In this document: positions 11,953 to 26,757 of the stretch, piece by piece | Layout of the letters: every line of letters starts with the position of its first letter | How positions within the stretch are numbered: the first letter of the stretch is position 1 | Assembly (NCBI GenBank): GCA_964016885.1 | Contig: OZ024740.1 | Coordinates: 65,162,001 to 65,226,000 of the forward strand | Origin: Eledone cirrhosa | Taxonomy: Eukaryota | Reading direction: 5' to 3' | DNA: 64,000 nt | Translations under genes and position numbers: made by a program | Notes under the pieces: model-generated | Told to the model about the DNA's origin: nothing | What the model saw: only the letters and a program-made list of their open reading frames with translations | The model's database searches: none

Positions 11953-13777
11953 CGTTATACTTGTTTTACCCTCCCATTTCCAATTCACCAAAGGCTGCTA
12001 TCATGACTGTATGTGTGTGTTTGTGTGAATGTATATGTGTGAATGTATGTACGTTTGTGTGAAAGTATGTGTGAATGTATGTGTATTTGTGTGAGTGTAT
12101 GTCCGTGAGTGTGTATTTTTATAAGTTTGTGTTTGCGCGATTATAGTTATATACTCATAATAGTTATATACACATATATATAGATGTATGTATGTGCACT
12201 CTCATACCCGTCAGCGTGTAGAAAATATTAATCTCTCTATCTCTCTCATCACACACTCTCTCTTTCTATTTATATGGTAGTTGAAGTGGTGGTGTTGGCG
12301 ATGATATACTGGAAGTGTAGACATTTGAGAATTTGAAAAGAAGTCAACTTTAAATTATTTATGTTAACGAAATTTAGTTATGAAATTTAGTAGATAAATT
12401 ATGTAATATTCATTCATTATTTATTCAAAGTAATCCAACTTATTTTACTAACTGGATTAAAAGAAATAAACCGTATGCAGTCCCGCAGTCCTTACTTTAA
12501 TATAGTCTAGCTGTGTAAGGCGTCTTTCCATCTTACCTAGTGCTGCTGGCATATATTTAGCAGTAGTTCTTATTAATTGCACCTAACCAGAACATACCCT
12601 AACACGCAAACCTTGTATCCGGGAAATTATTTCTATACTACAATTATGAAAGCAATATGAGTATTATTTTACGCTTCCTTATACCCAAACACCCGAAATC
12701 AACTCTCGTAGTATGCTATCAAACCTTCATTTTAAAGTTTATATTTATCTAACAAATTCCATCATGAATTCATGATTGAAGGTTTAAGATATGTTTTTAA
12801 AAACACCAATTAAATAATGAGAAATTTAGTTATATTTTTAAACACTGATTTATTGATTATTTACACATTTATCTGATATTCAACTGTAGTATTTTTATTA
12901 GAAATATGGTAACAATAGTTTTAAATTTCGAACACATGTGTATGCACGTTTTCAGTAGTGGAGATACCCTGTTTTATCACTGGTGAATTTCTTACAAAAA
13001 AAAAAAAAAACGACAACAAAAAAAAAAATTCAATTGTAATAGTCTCACACAACATGAATAACAGCAATGTTTGAATGTTCGACGGAGGTAATTAGATATA
13101 TTTTTGCTATGGTATTCGCACGGTATTATAGAGATAATTTGTTTGAAATATTGTAGACATGCAACCTCTTAATTTTAGTGTATACTTCAACAAACAAAAT
13201 GAGTTTCTGGTTAGTTTACACATGAAATACACTTTTATAGTGTGCTACAGATTTGCTCGCACAGTTCTGTAATTTAATTTCTGAAGCAGCAAACATTAAA
13301 TATTAAGTTAGGGATCACGAAAGTTCAAATTTATGAAACAATATACTTTAGTGAAACATTAATGAAAAAAATTCATTCGAACAATAGTCTATGATGAAGA
13401 GCATTTGAATATTCCAATAAGATATTTAATGAAAATTATTATGAAGTTAATTGGAATACAAACAATTACAAATGAAGCTTTTGCCCTTGCATAGTATTAT
13501 TAAACGATCGATTTATTTGTTTATACTGTGCAGAATTACAAATAAAAGAGCGAAACCTTTTGATTAGTATATTAAATTAATTATGTATCCATAAACTTCC
13601 TTAGAATTTTATAATATTTATTTAGTCTTATCCATTGTTTCATTTTAGAGACACTATATCGTTTGAAAATAATTGACTTAAATCTCATTTGAGTTTTAAT
13701 TCACTCTACTGTTTAGGTTTTGTTATATTTATTAACCGGAAAATAAGAAACACACACATGCATGACTGCCTATATAT

Positions 13778-13808
<31 letters not shown>

Positions 13809-14169
13809 AACATATATAGGAAAGAATTATGGGTTCAGGGTTAATGTGTTCGTCCCACGATCGTAAGGTTTTCTGTTGGAACCGTGGCAACTCGTTCTGC
13901 CTGAGCAAAAAACTACATTTTCGTTGCTCTAGTTCACTCAGCTGGCAAAAATCAGTTGTAGCTTTAATACAAAAGACCAAATGTGTCACACACTGCCAAG
14001 CTGAATGACCAGGAAAATGACTTTGAAAGTTAATTTCATGAGCAGACAGTTCCGTTCTTCATACGACTGGAAAATTCATCGGAAACTAGGCTAGTCATAC
14101 AGACACACACACATGCTATCACAGTCATATACAATCTTCATTACGATATTCATGCCACCCTTACATATA

Positions 14170-14566
14170 GTCAAGAATCTTGGGTAATAATTGAAAGAAT
14201 ACGACCCCGTATATAAGCCGCCGAAAAAGGGTTCCTACGAGAGGTTTTTGGAGTAACGTTACCCAATAGAGTATAGCTCGGAGATCAGAGAGCCACTACA
14301 GCTCCAATACTATGGATAGCTCGGAGATCAGAGAGCCACTACAGCTCCAATACTATGGGGATGTGGTTAGAAAGTCTCCGGCAGGAGAACCAGGTGTAAA
14401 TCCCGAGCAAGATGGTTGAACAATATCCATGAGCTTGGGTGATCTCGCTGGGAAGCCAGTCAAATCAATTGTAGGCGATTGCTTCTGTTAGAACCCGATG
14501 GAAGGAATGTTTGAATATTGTGTCCCCACGACTTTCTCAGGAATAAGTGGGCGGAGAAGAAGAAGA
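14170..14566 (+). mobile_element. RTE-clade LINE 3' fragment, same family as 10480-11082, with internal 42-bp tandem duplication
   Basis: CCCCACGAC..TCTCAG.AATAAGTGGGCG.AGAAGAAG end matches the reverse complement of 10480-10520; ATAGCTCGGAGATCAGAGAGCC...TACTATGG duplicated. Confidence 0.75.
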
Positions 14567-14615
14567 GTTGTGCATTGTGTCCGTTTTCACACACACATAC
14601 GCAGAGGCACAGACG

Positions 14616-14647
<32 letters not shown>

Positions 14648-14779
14648 AATCATTACAGGCTCTCTGATTATGTTTACTGAATATGTGTATTTGGCTACCT
14701 GTCACCGGTTGCTGTCTCAGTTTGGGGAGGCGAAGCGATGAAGTTGGAATAGGGAAACCAAAGCATTTTACAACCTAGA

Positions 14780-15598
14780 TTATTGATTAGCATTTTCAAA
14801 CAGCAAAAGGGTACTCCCGTCTGTGCACCAAACGTCAGCATGGTAGACGTAGGCAGAATTGAATTCTTTTGGAAATGTGACAGCAGTTAATCTTCTTCTG
14901 ATGTTGTCATTTACGACGGTGTAAATGTCCTGAACTCTACTGTAATGACAATTATGCGATATTACTTTTACAATGCGCATGTTACAAAGGTTTATATATG
15001 TACGTATATGCGAGTAGCGTGAGAAAATGGAAAGGAACCAATACACCAAGTAATTTATATTTATTATTGAATTTGAGCTTGCTATGAACAAAATAATTAT
15101 TTTTCTATATGTACCAGTCATAGTTAATAGTTTTTTTTTCTAAAACCGTCTAGCTTATTAAAGTAGCATCAAAAAACATTTTACGATAAATTACTTTTCT
15201 TCAAAGGGAAGCCTTTATAAAAAGGATTACCCATTAATTTTTTCACGAATTTCAATTTTCATAAAATTACTTTTGCGTCTATTTCACATTTATGAATAAT
15301 ACCAGAAAGATAAGTCATATCTGCTCAAAAATTATCGTTCACGAAGACATTTACAAATTTCATAAAGGCGACAATCATATTTCTCTCTTCACGATATATG
15401 CTGTATGTCGTGGGTATGCAGTATTGCATATTTCACTTTTCATTTAAACTCATATAGTAGTGTATTGACATCTTGTTTAAAACAATTTGAGTTCATTTGT
15501 ACAGTCAATCAACCGCATAGGAAAACAGAGGGACGTTTTAATTTCAGTGGACGTTTCATATAAATACAATCTACATTCTGTGTTCAAACGATTGGTAA
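14780..15598 (-). CDS. Candidate two-exon C-terminal coding segment (15598-15514 and 14939-14780)
   Basis: Acceptors TTGTCTTATTTAG and TTGTCATTACAG; phases agree, giving VTNRLNTECRLY...FPMRRVQDIYTVV...FENANQ*; donor GTTGAT is weak. Confidence 0.25.
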
Positions 15599-16324
15599 CT
15601 AAATAAGACAACAAAATGAGCTGAAAATTGGCACGAGTGTTGATAAACTCCATAAAAAATAAATAACCTATCATTTATCCTAATTATCTCATTACTTATA
15701 ATCAGAGACAACCACGACGCGTCTGACAAATAACATCCTAGCAAGAGTTTTAAGTTTTCCTTCTCTACAATCCTCTACCCAGTATTTCTTCTTTCTTCAT
15801 ATCCCTTTAGTTATTTTTATGTTCATAGCTATTATATAGCAAACCTATTCCCAATATGTATAATAAATATTTCTTCACGCTAGAATTTAGAATGATGTAT
15901 CCATACAAATATGAACTACCGCTGTATTTCTTCCTCGAAATATGCTGGAATTCATGTTTGTAAATAAATAATAATTTGCAGAGTTACAGATGTCTATCAA
16001 ATGATGAATTTGTCATAAACATACATAATTCTTAAGGATAAGCATTCAACTTAAATATATTTCTAGGCATTTGTTTGACATAAATGTAGTGACATCTATA
16101 ATTTCTGCTTTAGTCGAATTTTGACAGATTTGATAGAATAATGTTATTTGTGTATGATCGAATTAAATCCCCAGAATTCATATAACTTAAGTTTTTGAAG
16201 TTTTGCTAAACTTTCGCAGAATAGGACAGAAATTGCATAAAAAGAACCAACAACATACACACATATGTACTCTGAGGCACACACCCACCCATCTATACAC
16301 ATATAAAACACACACACATACACT

Positions 16325-16357
<33 letters not shown>

Positions 16358-16358
16358 T

Positions 16359-16398
<40 letters not shown>

Positions 16399-17821
16399 TA
16401 TACGGGGTAACAAATAATTGTTATATGCAGTCCACTTAGGTGTAGTTCCGTTATGGTACTCCGGTTAGTGGATGATATCAACGCTTGGCTAAGTTTGAAT
16501 CAACAAGGCGTTTCCATAGTGATGCTGCGAGTATACTTTAATTCCTATGTTGTAAACACTTGGAGTAATAATAAATCAGGAAAGAAGAGTGACACGGTTT
16601 GCTATACGAAAAAGGTTTTTAATCTCATTGCTGACAATTGTTTCTCTGAACTGGTAGGTCTAGAGATCGCTATCCGCTTATTTTCACGTTACTCGATCGC
16701 CAATACAAAGTTATAACCAGTCAGTTCATCGGAGCTTGCGAGAATGAAGAGAATATACAGGCATGAAAAGAATATACAGGCTACTATATGTAGTAGTAAC
16801 GGCATTCAGTTAGAACAATAACAACAATATCAACAATGCTAGCAATAAATTATTTGAAATAATCACAACATCAATCTAGGTGGGAAGTATAGTATATCTA
16901 TGATTTTAGCTTGTAAAACTAGCTGACATGAGGCAGATGTATAGAATTGACATGTAAAAACTGTCGTAGGGTGTATTATATCAAGTGTAAAGATAAGCTG
17001 GTGTTTTTAAACAATGTAGGTCAGGTGGCCGTAATAGTCAGTTTTTATCTGACCGATGAAGTATTTATCACTGTAGTGGAATTTGTGTGGTCTATATTAG
17101 ATGAGAGCGCTGTCTATCTTTCTCATCCTCAATAACATACATGTATAAGACAACACTAACAAAGCTAAATAATGGGCAAGTTAATACAGAGGTTAAGGAG
17201 GCAATATATATATATATATATATACATATATATACACACACATATGCACACAAACATATATATATACACACACACATACACATACATACATACATACAAA
17301 GAGAAAACATGCTAACTATAATTATAGCAAGAAGAAGGTAAAGTTCTGTTGTAGTAGTATCTTTAAATGTTCTTGGATTTAGGATCAAGTGATGACAGCA
17401 ACTGAGAAGAGATAAGTTTATGGGTTGATGAGGTACTTACAGACATTAGTGTGGTATAAAACTAAGAAGGCTAGAATGTACTTAATGATTATATTTCTGT
17501 GGTGATTCGTGCAGAGTAGTGGGTATCCTAGTTGAAAGCTATGTTACGTCGGTTCGATTTACGGAGGTTTAAATTTTATGAATTTAGTGGCGATCCTGTG
17601 CCTGCAGAAGATAGATCTTTCTAACTTGTTAAGTAGCCTTTTTACATTTCTAAGGATATACAGTAGTTCTAGATCACATAGCCTACAGTGTGACATACCT
17701 GTACTGTAGGTTTTAGCAGCTGATAACCTCGACCAGTTGATACTGTAGCTAGTCTTGTTGTCCTTCAGTTCCCATATTTTTTTGGCGAGAGTTGTAGAAC
17801 CCATAAGTGCACGATTTTTCA

Positions 17822-19554
17822 TCGATAGGATAATCGCACAAATAAAGGATAAACTAGAAATCAATTTATGGGGTAATACTAACGAGGCGATTGAATGGTT
17901 CAATAAAATACAAAATAGGGAGACGTGTAACTTCATACAATTTGATATAGACGACTACTATGCATCCATATTCCCAGCCACCCTAAATAAAGCGCTTATA
18001 TTTGCCCAAAATAACTCAGATGTTACCCCTGAGGAAATTGAAATAATAATAACGGCTGGAAGGACTATCATAAAATTTGAAAATAGCTACTGGGTAAGAA
18101 TAGATAGGATAAACAGCTTCGATATAACAATGGGATCAAATGACTCTGCGCAAATCACAGACATCGTGGGGCTATTCATAGCACACAACCTACATAAGGA
18201 ATTCAGTAACCTCCAAGGAGGGGTTTATAGAGACCACACGCTCCTTATAGCTAAGAACTTAAACAACCAGAGCATGGAAAGATTAAGAAAAAACATTAGA
18301 ACATTCTTTAAAAAACTGTGCCTAAGTATTACCTACGAACTGAACCATAAGAAAGTAAACTTTCTAGATGTGAGTCTAAATCTAAATACGGGATTAATAG
18401 AACCTTTCCACAAAAATAATGAAAATCTGGCCTACATTAGTTATAACTCAAACCACCCCAAATCCATAATCAAATCCATAGCACGTAGTATATCCCTTCG
18501 AATATCCCGCTTATCCTCAAACCTAGAAATCTTTAACGAACATGCTAACTATTATAACGCAAAGATAAACTGCAGTATATAGCGAATAAAGACAACGTAA
18601 ACAATCCTTATAGCAACTATACCAACCGCTCACACAAAAATAGAGGTAACTGGACTAGACATAGGGTTAGGCATGTAGCACCTAGAGTGAACGGTCAAAA
18701 CACTAATAACGTAAACCCAAGAAACAATAGAAGAATCAGAGAAAGAAAATACCTATGGTTCAACCCAATCTTCAATTCCTCTGTAAAAACCAGACTGCCT
18801 TCTACATTCTTTAAACTAATAGATAAACACTTCCCTATTTCACATAGATATCATAAAATACTCAATAGAAATACTATAAAACTCTCATACTCTACGGCAG
18901 CAAATATAGAATCGCACATACGCAAGATCAACCACAGAAATATCTCTAGGGAATCAGCCCCACCTATGCGCAACATAGCACCAAATTATAAGCATAAACA
19001 CATCACAGTATCACAACCGCAAGCACATACAAGCGCGAATCAGCAAAACCCCAACGGGCATGAATCACAACCCACTTATAGCAGAGTATTAAACAGCAGT
19101 GTAGAAGCTGCACGAAATAACACCTCAAATTGTAACTGTCACCTACCGGATAGGTGCCTATTGGCGAATAGATGCCTCGATTCGAGCTTAGTGTACATGT
19201 GTACGGTCAACTCAGACAATTCCACCTGGCATTACATTGGATCCACCGCGGCTACTTTTAAAAAAAGATGGTATGTGCACAGGCACTCGATGAAAAATCG
19301 TGCACTTATGGGTTCTACAACTCTCGCCAAAAAAATATGGGAACTGAAGGACAACAAGACTAGCTACAGTATCAACTGGTCGAGGTTGTCGGCTGCTAAA
19401 ACCTACAGTACAGTATGTCCCACTGTGGGCTATGTGATCTAGAACTACTGTATATCTTTAGAAATGTAAAAAGGCTACTTAACAACAAGTTAGAAAGATC
19501 TATCTTCTGCAGGCACAGGATCGCCACTAAATTCATAAGATTTAAACCTCCGTG
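17822..19554 (+). pseudogene. Naiad-type RT (C-terminal part) plus GIY-YIG endonuclease, frameshifted
   Basis: FIQFDIDDYYASI, ITMGSNDSAQITD, VYRDH (YRDD degenerate), VNFLDV, SNHP, WFNP, CNC..DRC....C, YIGST..FKKR, LA..IW.LK, C..C..E, CRH. Confidence 0.9.
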
Positions 19555-19873
19555 AATCGAACCGACGTAACATAGCTTTCAACTAGGATACCCACTACTC
19601 TGTACGAATCACCACAGAAATATAATCATTAAGTACATTCTAGCCTTCTTAGTTCTATACCACACTAATGTCTGTAAGTACCTCATCAACCCATAAACTT
19701 ATCTCTTCTCAGCTGCTGTCATCACTTGATCCAAAATCCAAGAACATTTCAAAATACTACTACAACAGAACTTTACCTTCCTCTTGCTATAATTATAGTC
19801 AGCATGTTTTCTCTTTGTATGTATGTATGTATTTGTATGTGTGTGTGTGTATATATATATGTTTGTGTGCATA

Positions 19874-19904
<31 letters not shown>

Positions 19905-20372
19905 TGCCTCCTTAACCTCTCTATTAACTTGCCCATTATTTAGCTTTGTTAATGTTGTCTTATAAATGTATGTTATTGAGGATGAGAAAGATAGACAGCG
20001 CTCTCATCTAATACAGACCACACAAATTCCACTACAGTGATAAAAACTTCATCGGTTAGATAAAAACCGACTATTACGGTAACCTGACCTACATTGTTTA
20101 AAAACACCAGCTTATCTTTACACTTGGTATAATACACCCTACGACAGTTTTTACATGTCAATTCTATACATCTGCCTCATGTCAGCTAGTTTTACACGCT
20201 AAAATCATAGATATACTATACTTCCCACCTAGATTGATGTTGTGATTATTTCAAATAATTTATTGCTAACATTGTTGATGTTGTCGTTATTGTTCTAACT
20301 GAATGCCATTACTACTACATATAGTAGCCTGTATATTCTTTTCATGCCTGTATATTCTCTTCATCCTCGCAA

Positions 20373-20477
20373 GCTCCGATGAACTGACTGGTTATAACTT
20401 TGTATTGGAATCGAGTAACGTGAAAATAAGCGGATAGCGATCTCTAGACCTACCAGTTCAGAGAAACAATTGTCAGC
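20373..20477 (+). ncRNA. Hammerhead-like motif with CCGAUGA core and long stem II (inverted copy at 16630-16735)
   Basis: GCT-CCGATGA-A-CTGACTGGT...ACCAGTTCAG-A-GAAA-C-AATT-GTC-AGC. Confidence 0.6.
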
Positions 20478-20527
20478 AATGAGATTAAAAACCTTTTTCG
20501 CATAGTAAACCGTGTCACTCTTCTTTC

Positions 20528-21919
<1,392 letters not shown>

Positions 21920-21923
<4 letters not shown>

Positions 21924-22749
21924 TAGTAACACAACTGTTAGTTCACCATACTGAAAACAATTGTTTCACCTAATGCGGATCTTCAGCTCGGACTAGTAAT
22001 GGTTATACGGAACAGGAAAAACCACCGTATGAACGCGCATGCTCAGATACGGTAACTTCGCCCAGGCGATACAAAACCACGAGCGAAAGGTGTAAGGAAT
22101 ATAACAGCGAATGTCCGAATAGATTGTTCGAGTTGATTAGAATACTAGAATGTTGTTGTTATTCAATCCAGAGTTTGTAGTTATGCAAGAGGTGTTTCTA
22201 GAATTGTGGACAGCGTGAGAAGATTTCATTTCTTGAATTTAGGTAATCGCTATTGCGTAATCTCCTTAGAATATTTGTAATTTCTTCAATAACAGTCCAC
22301 ACGACGGATTACCCCTTGCGTTTGGCTTGGACTTAGTGATGGTTTTCCATTGAATGGAGTAGTCTACACCTGAGTGTTTGAGGGACCACACGTGGCTCGC
22401 GAGCTTCGTGGATGATTGATTGTCCAGGTATCTAAAGGTCGACACATGGTTCAGGAAGCGTTTCTAAAATCGGCACTCTGCCATACCCACACAGGATTTG
22501 ACCTCCTCTGGTTGATTTGGTCGGGTGAAGGTGACCACAGCTTAAAAAACAATAGCGGGTGCGTTGAATTGTTGTTGAAGGGAACAATGTTCAGGTTTTC
22601 GTCATGAGCATCCCGGTGGGGTGCCGCTCTTAGGACTGTTGGTGATGTGGGCCTTCATATTCTTAGCGTAGGAGTACCTTAGTTTTACTCTGTGTCTGTT
22701 AAAAATGGAGCGGTATTTGTGACCTATGGTAAAGTGTCTATCTAAGAGG

Positions 22750-22750
<1 letters not shown>
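21920..22750 (-). mobile_element. Naiad-like PLE 3' fragment with HHR at 21951-21991
   Basis: Minus translation LLDRHF..GHKYRSIFNR..VKL.YSY..N; CS*R..EHC; VGMAE.RF..RFLNH; GAG-CTGAAGA-T-CC-GCATTA-GG-T-GAAA-C-AATT-GTT. Confidence 0.85.
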
Positions 22751-22793
<43 letters not shown>

Positions 22794-22985
22794 ATAATAA
22801 TAATAATAATATATGTAGAAATAAATACAGTAAATTGTGTGTCTAAAATTACGAGGGTTGAACTACCACATTGGTTTCATAAAATTAACCTGAAGCAAAC
22901 GGAAAATAAAGAATATATATGCAGACCGTCTGAATAACTATTTCCTCTCTCGGACAGATTAGAGATTTAATATATATATATATAT

Positions 22986-23149
22986 GAAAAAGTATGACAC
23001 CGACGGCAGAGTTCAAGTCGTTTCGACCTCGAAACGGCTTGAGCTCTGCCGTCGGGGTCATACTTTTTGCTATTACCCACTCTACTTCCCTTAGTATTGA
23101 GTACTTTGTTGCGTTATAGTCCATCTGTTTCCTTACCACAACTCCTTCG

Positions 23150-23152
<3 letters not shown>
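22986..23152. repeat. Fold-back family A copy with ~40-bp hairpin head
   Basis: AAAAAGTATGAC.CCGACGGCAGAG.TCAAG.CGTTTCG-ACCT-CGAAACG.CTTGAGCTCTGCCGTCGG.GTCATACTTTTT. Confidence 0.75.
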
Positions 23153-23195
<43 letters not shown>

Positions 23196-23236
23196 ACATA
23201 TATTGGTTATATATTATATATATATATAATATATAA

Positions 23237-24071
<835 letters not shown>

Positions 24072-24260
24072 ATATATATAACCAATATATGTATACACAC
24101 ACACACATATATATCTATATATATACATATATACTGGTTATATATTATATATAAATTAATATATATATATATATATATATACATATATTGGTTATATATT
24201 ATGTATAAATTTATATATATATATATATATATACATATATTGGTTATATATTATATATAA

Positions 24261-24295
<35 letters not shown>

Positions 24296-24298
24296 CAT

Positions 24299-25961
24299 AT
24301 AACGAAACGAAATTAAATTTCGTTTCGTTTGTAACTCACTTTTGTATGACTGACGCTTAAACAATTAAGTTAAAAGTGTACATCCACATATGTATACTGA
24401 AATACTAGTATGCATATAAATACACACACGTATACAAATGTACATGTACCGAGTTTTTCACTGGACACTTTACTGTGAGTGTCTAGCTAGTCTGTATGTA
24501 ACCAAATAGACAAACCGGGTTTTAGAGTCATACGGGTTTTCAAGGAAACACCTTTCCTCTATTCTTCAGAGAGCCAGACAGGAATATTGGACTAGTTTCG
24601 ATGTTATTACATCTCATCAGCAATAAAATCCCATCTTCCGGCTTCTCTAGAGAATCGTAAAAGCATATATCGTTATATGCTTTTTCTATGAAAATTAGTA
24701 GTGGGCAGACTAATTTGCATAGAACGTGAGTCATTATACGCACCGGTTCAGCGGAAACGATAAAAACAAATAACGAAATGAAATTAAATTTCGTTTCGTT
24801 TGTAACTCACTTTTGTATGACTGACGCTTAAACAATTAAGTTAAAAGTGTACATCCACATATGTATACTGAAATACTAGTATGCATATAAATACACACAC
24901 GTATACATATGTACATGTACCGAGTTTTTCACTGGACACTTTACTGTGAGTGTCTAGCTAGTCTGTATGTAACCAAACAGACAAACCGGGTTTTAGAGTC
25001 ATAACGGGTTTTCAAGGAAACACCTTTCCTCTATTCTCCAGAGAGCCAGACAGGAATATTGGACTAGTTTCGATGTTATTATTTGTTTTTATCGTTTCCG
25101 CTGAACCGGTGCGTATAATGACTCACGTTCTATGCAAATTAGTCTGCCCACTACTAATTTTCATAGAAAAAGCATATAACGATATATGCTTTTACGATTC
25201 TCTAGAGAAGCCGGAAGATGGGTTTTTATTGCTGATGAGATGTAATAACATCGAAACTAGTCCAATATTCCTGTCTGGCTCTCTGGAGAATAGAGGAATG
25301 GTGTTTCCTTGAAAACCCGTATGACTCTAAAACCCGGTTTGTCTGTTTGGTTACATACAGACTAGCTAGACACTCACAGTAAAGTGTCCAGTGAAAAACT
25401 CGGTACATGTACATATGTATACGTGTGTGTATTTATATGCATACTAGTATTTCAGTATACATATGTGGATGTACACTTTTAACTTAATTGTTTAAGCGTC
25501 AGTCATACAAAAGTGAGTTACAAACGAAACGAAATTTAATTTCGTTTCGTTATTTGTTTTTATCGTTTCCGCTGAACCGGTGCGTATAATGACTCACGTT
25601 CTATGCAAATTAGTCTGCCCACTACTAACTTTCATAGAAAAAGCATATAACGATATATGCTTTTACGATTCTCTAGAGAAGCCGGAAGATGGGTTTTCAT
25701 TGCTGATGAGATGTAATAACATCGAAACTAGTCCAATATTCCTGTCTGGCTCTCTGGAGAATAGAGGAAAGGTGTTTCCTTGAAAACCCGTATGACTCTA
25801 AAACCCGGTTTGTCTGTTTGGTTACATACAGATTAGCTAGACACTCACAGTAAAGTGTCCAGTGAAAAACTCGGTACATGTACATATGCATACGTGTGTG
25901 TATTTATATGCATACTAGTATTTCAGTATACATATGTGGATGTACACTTTTAACTTAATTG
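24299..25961. mobile_element. Retrozyme-like non-autonomous element: 471-nt HHR-containing unit, ~1.65 copies on minus (24299-25080) and ~1.9 copies on plus (25078-25961)
   Basis: Near-identical units; CTGATGA cores at 25232 and 25703 (471 apart) and at 24614-24620 on minus; no credible ORF; (TA)n flanks. Confidence 0.85.
25227..25267 (+). ncRNA. Canonical minimal type I hammerhead ribozyme (copies at 25698-25738 plus and 24585-24625 minus)
   Basis: TATTG-CTGATGA-GATGT-AATA-ACATC-GAAA-CTAG-TC-CAATA; GUC cleavage triplet; palindromic CTAG loop 3. Confidence 0.9.
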
Positions 25962-25992
25962 TATATATATATATATATATACATATATTGGT

Positions 25993-26124
<132 letters not shown>

Positions 26125-26152
26125 ATGTATATATATACAAATATATTGGTTG

Positions 26153-26191
<39 letters not shown>

Positions 26192-26195
<4 letters not shown>

Positions 26196-26750
26196 TCGTT
26201 ATACAACAGTTAGTTCACCATGCCGAGAACAATTGTTTCACCTTAGCGGATCCTCAGCTCGTAATGGACAAGGTTATACGGAACAGGAAGGACAACTATA
26301 CGAACGCGCGGATGCAGAAACGAGCACTTCACACAGGATATACTAAAGTGCGTACGAGAGGTGTAAGGCAGATAACTGTGAAAGTCCGAAAGTTTCTAGT
26401 TGATAAGAAAATTAGGATGTTGTAGTTATGTAAGAGGTGTTTCCAGACGTGTGGACAACGTGTGAAGAATTAATTTCTCGTGTTTATGCAATCACTATTG
26501 CGTAATCTTTTTAAAATATTTATTATTCATCAATACATAGTCACACGACGGATTGACCCTTGCGTATGGCTTGGACATAGTGATGGTTTTCCATTGAATG
26601 GAGTAGTCTATATTTGAGTCCTCGAGGGACCATACGTGGCTCGCGAGTTTCGATGTTGAACGTCTGACCGGGTACATAAAGGTCGACTTGTGGTTCAGGA
26701 AGCGTTCCTTAAATCGGCCCTCCGCCATACCCACATAGGATTTGACACAT
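26192..26750 (-). mobile_element. Naiad-like PLE 3' fragment (relative of 21920-22750) with HHR at 26224-26261
   Basis: YVGMAEGRFKERFLNHKSTF...LASHVWSL..I.W; CGAG-CTGAGGA-T-CC-GCTAA-GG-T-GAAA-C-AATT-GTT-CTCG. Confidence 0.85.
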
Positions 26751-26757
26751 AGGTATA

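Larger units (their letters stand above)
16574..20532 (+). mobile_element. Penelope-like element, Naiad-like, 5'-truncated with ~1.25-kb inverted pseudo-LTR
   Basis: 16574-17822 is the reverse complement of ~19290-20532; RT and GIY-YIG between them; 3' end joins (TA)n. Confidence 0.92.

Noticed and set aside
24540-25891. Repeated 62-79 aa ORFs (MRIMTHVLCKLV...)
   Set aside because: Repeated only because the 471-nt unit is repeated; they overlap the ribozyme and are not conserved as protein in the sister subfamily
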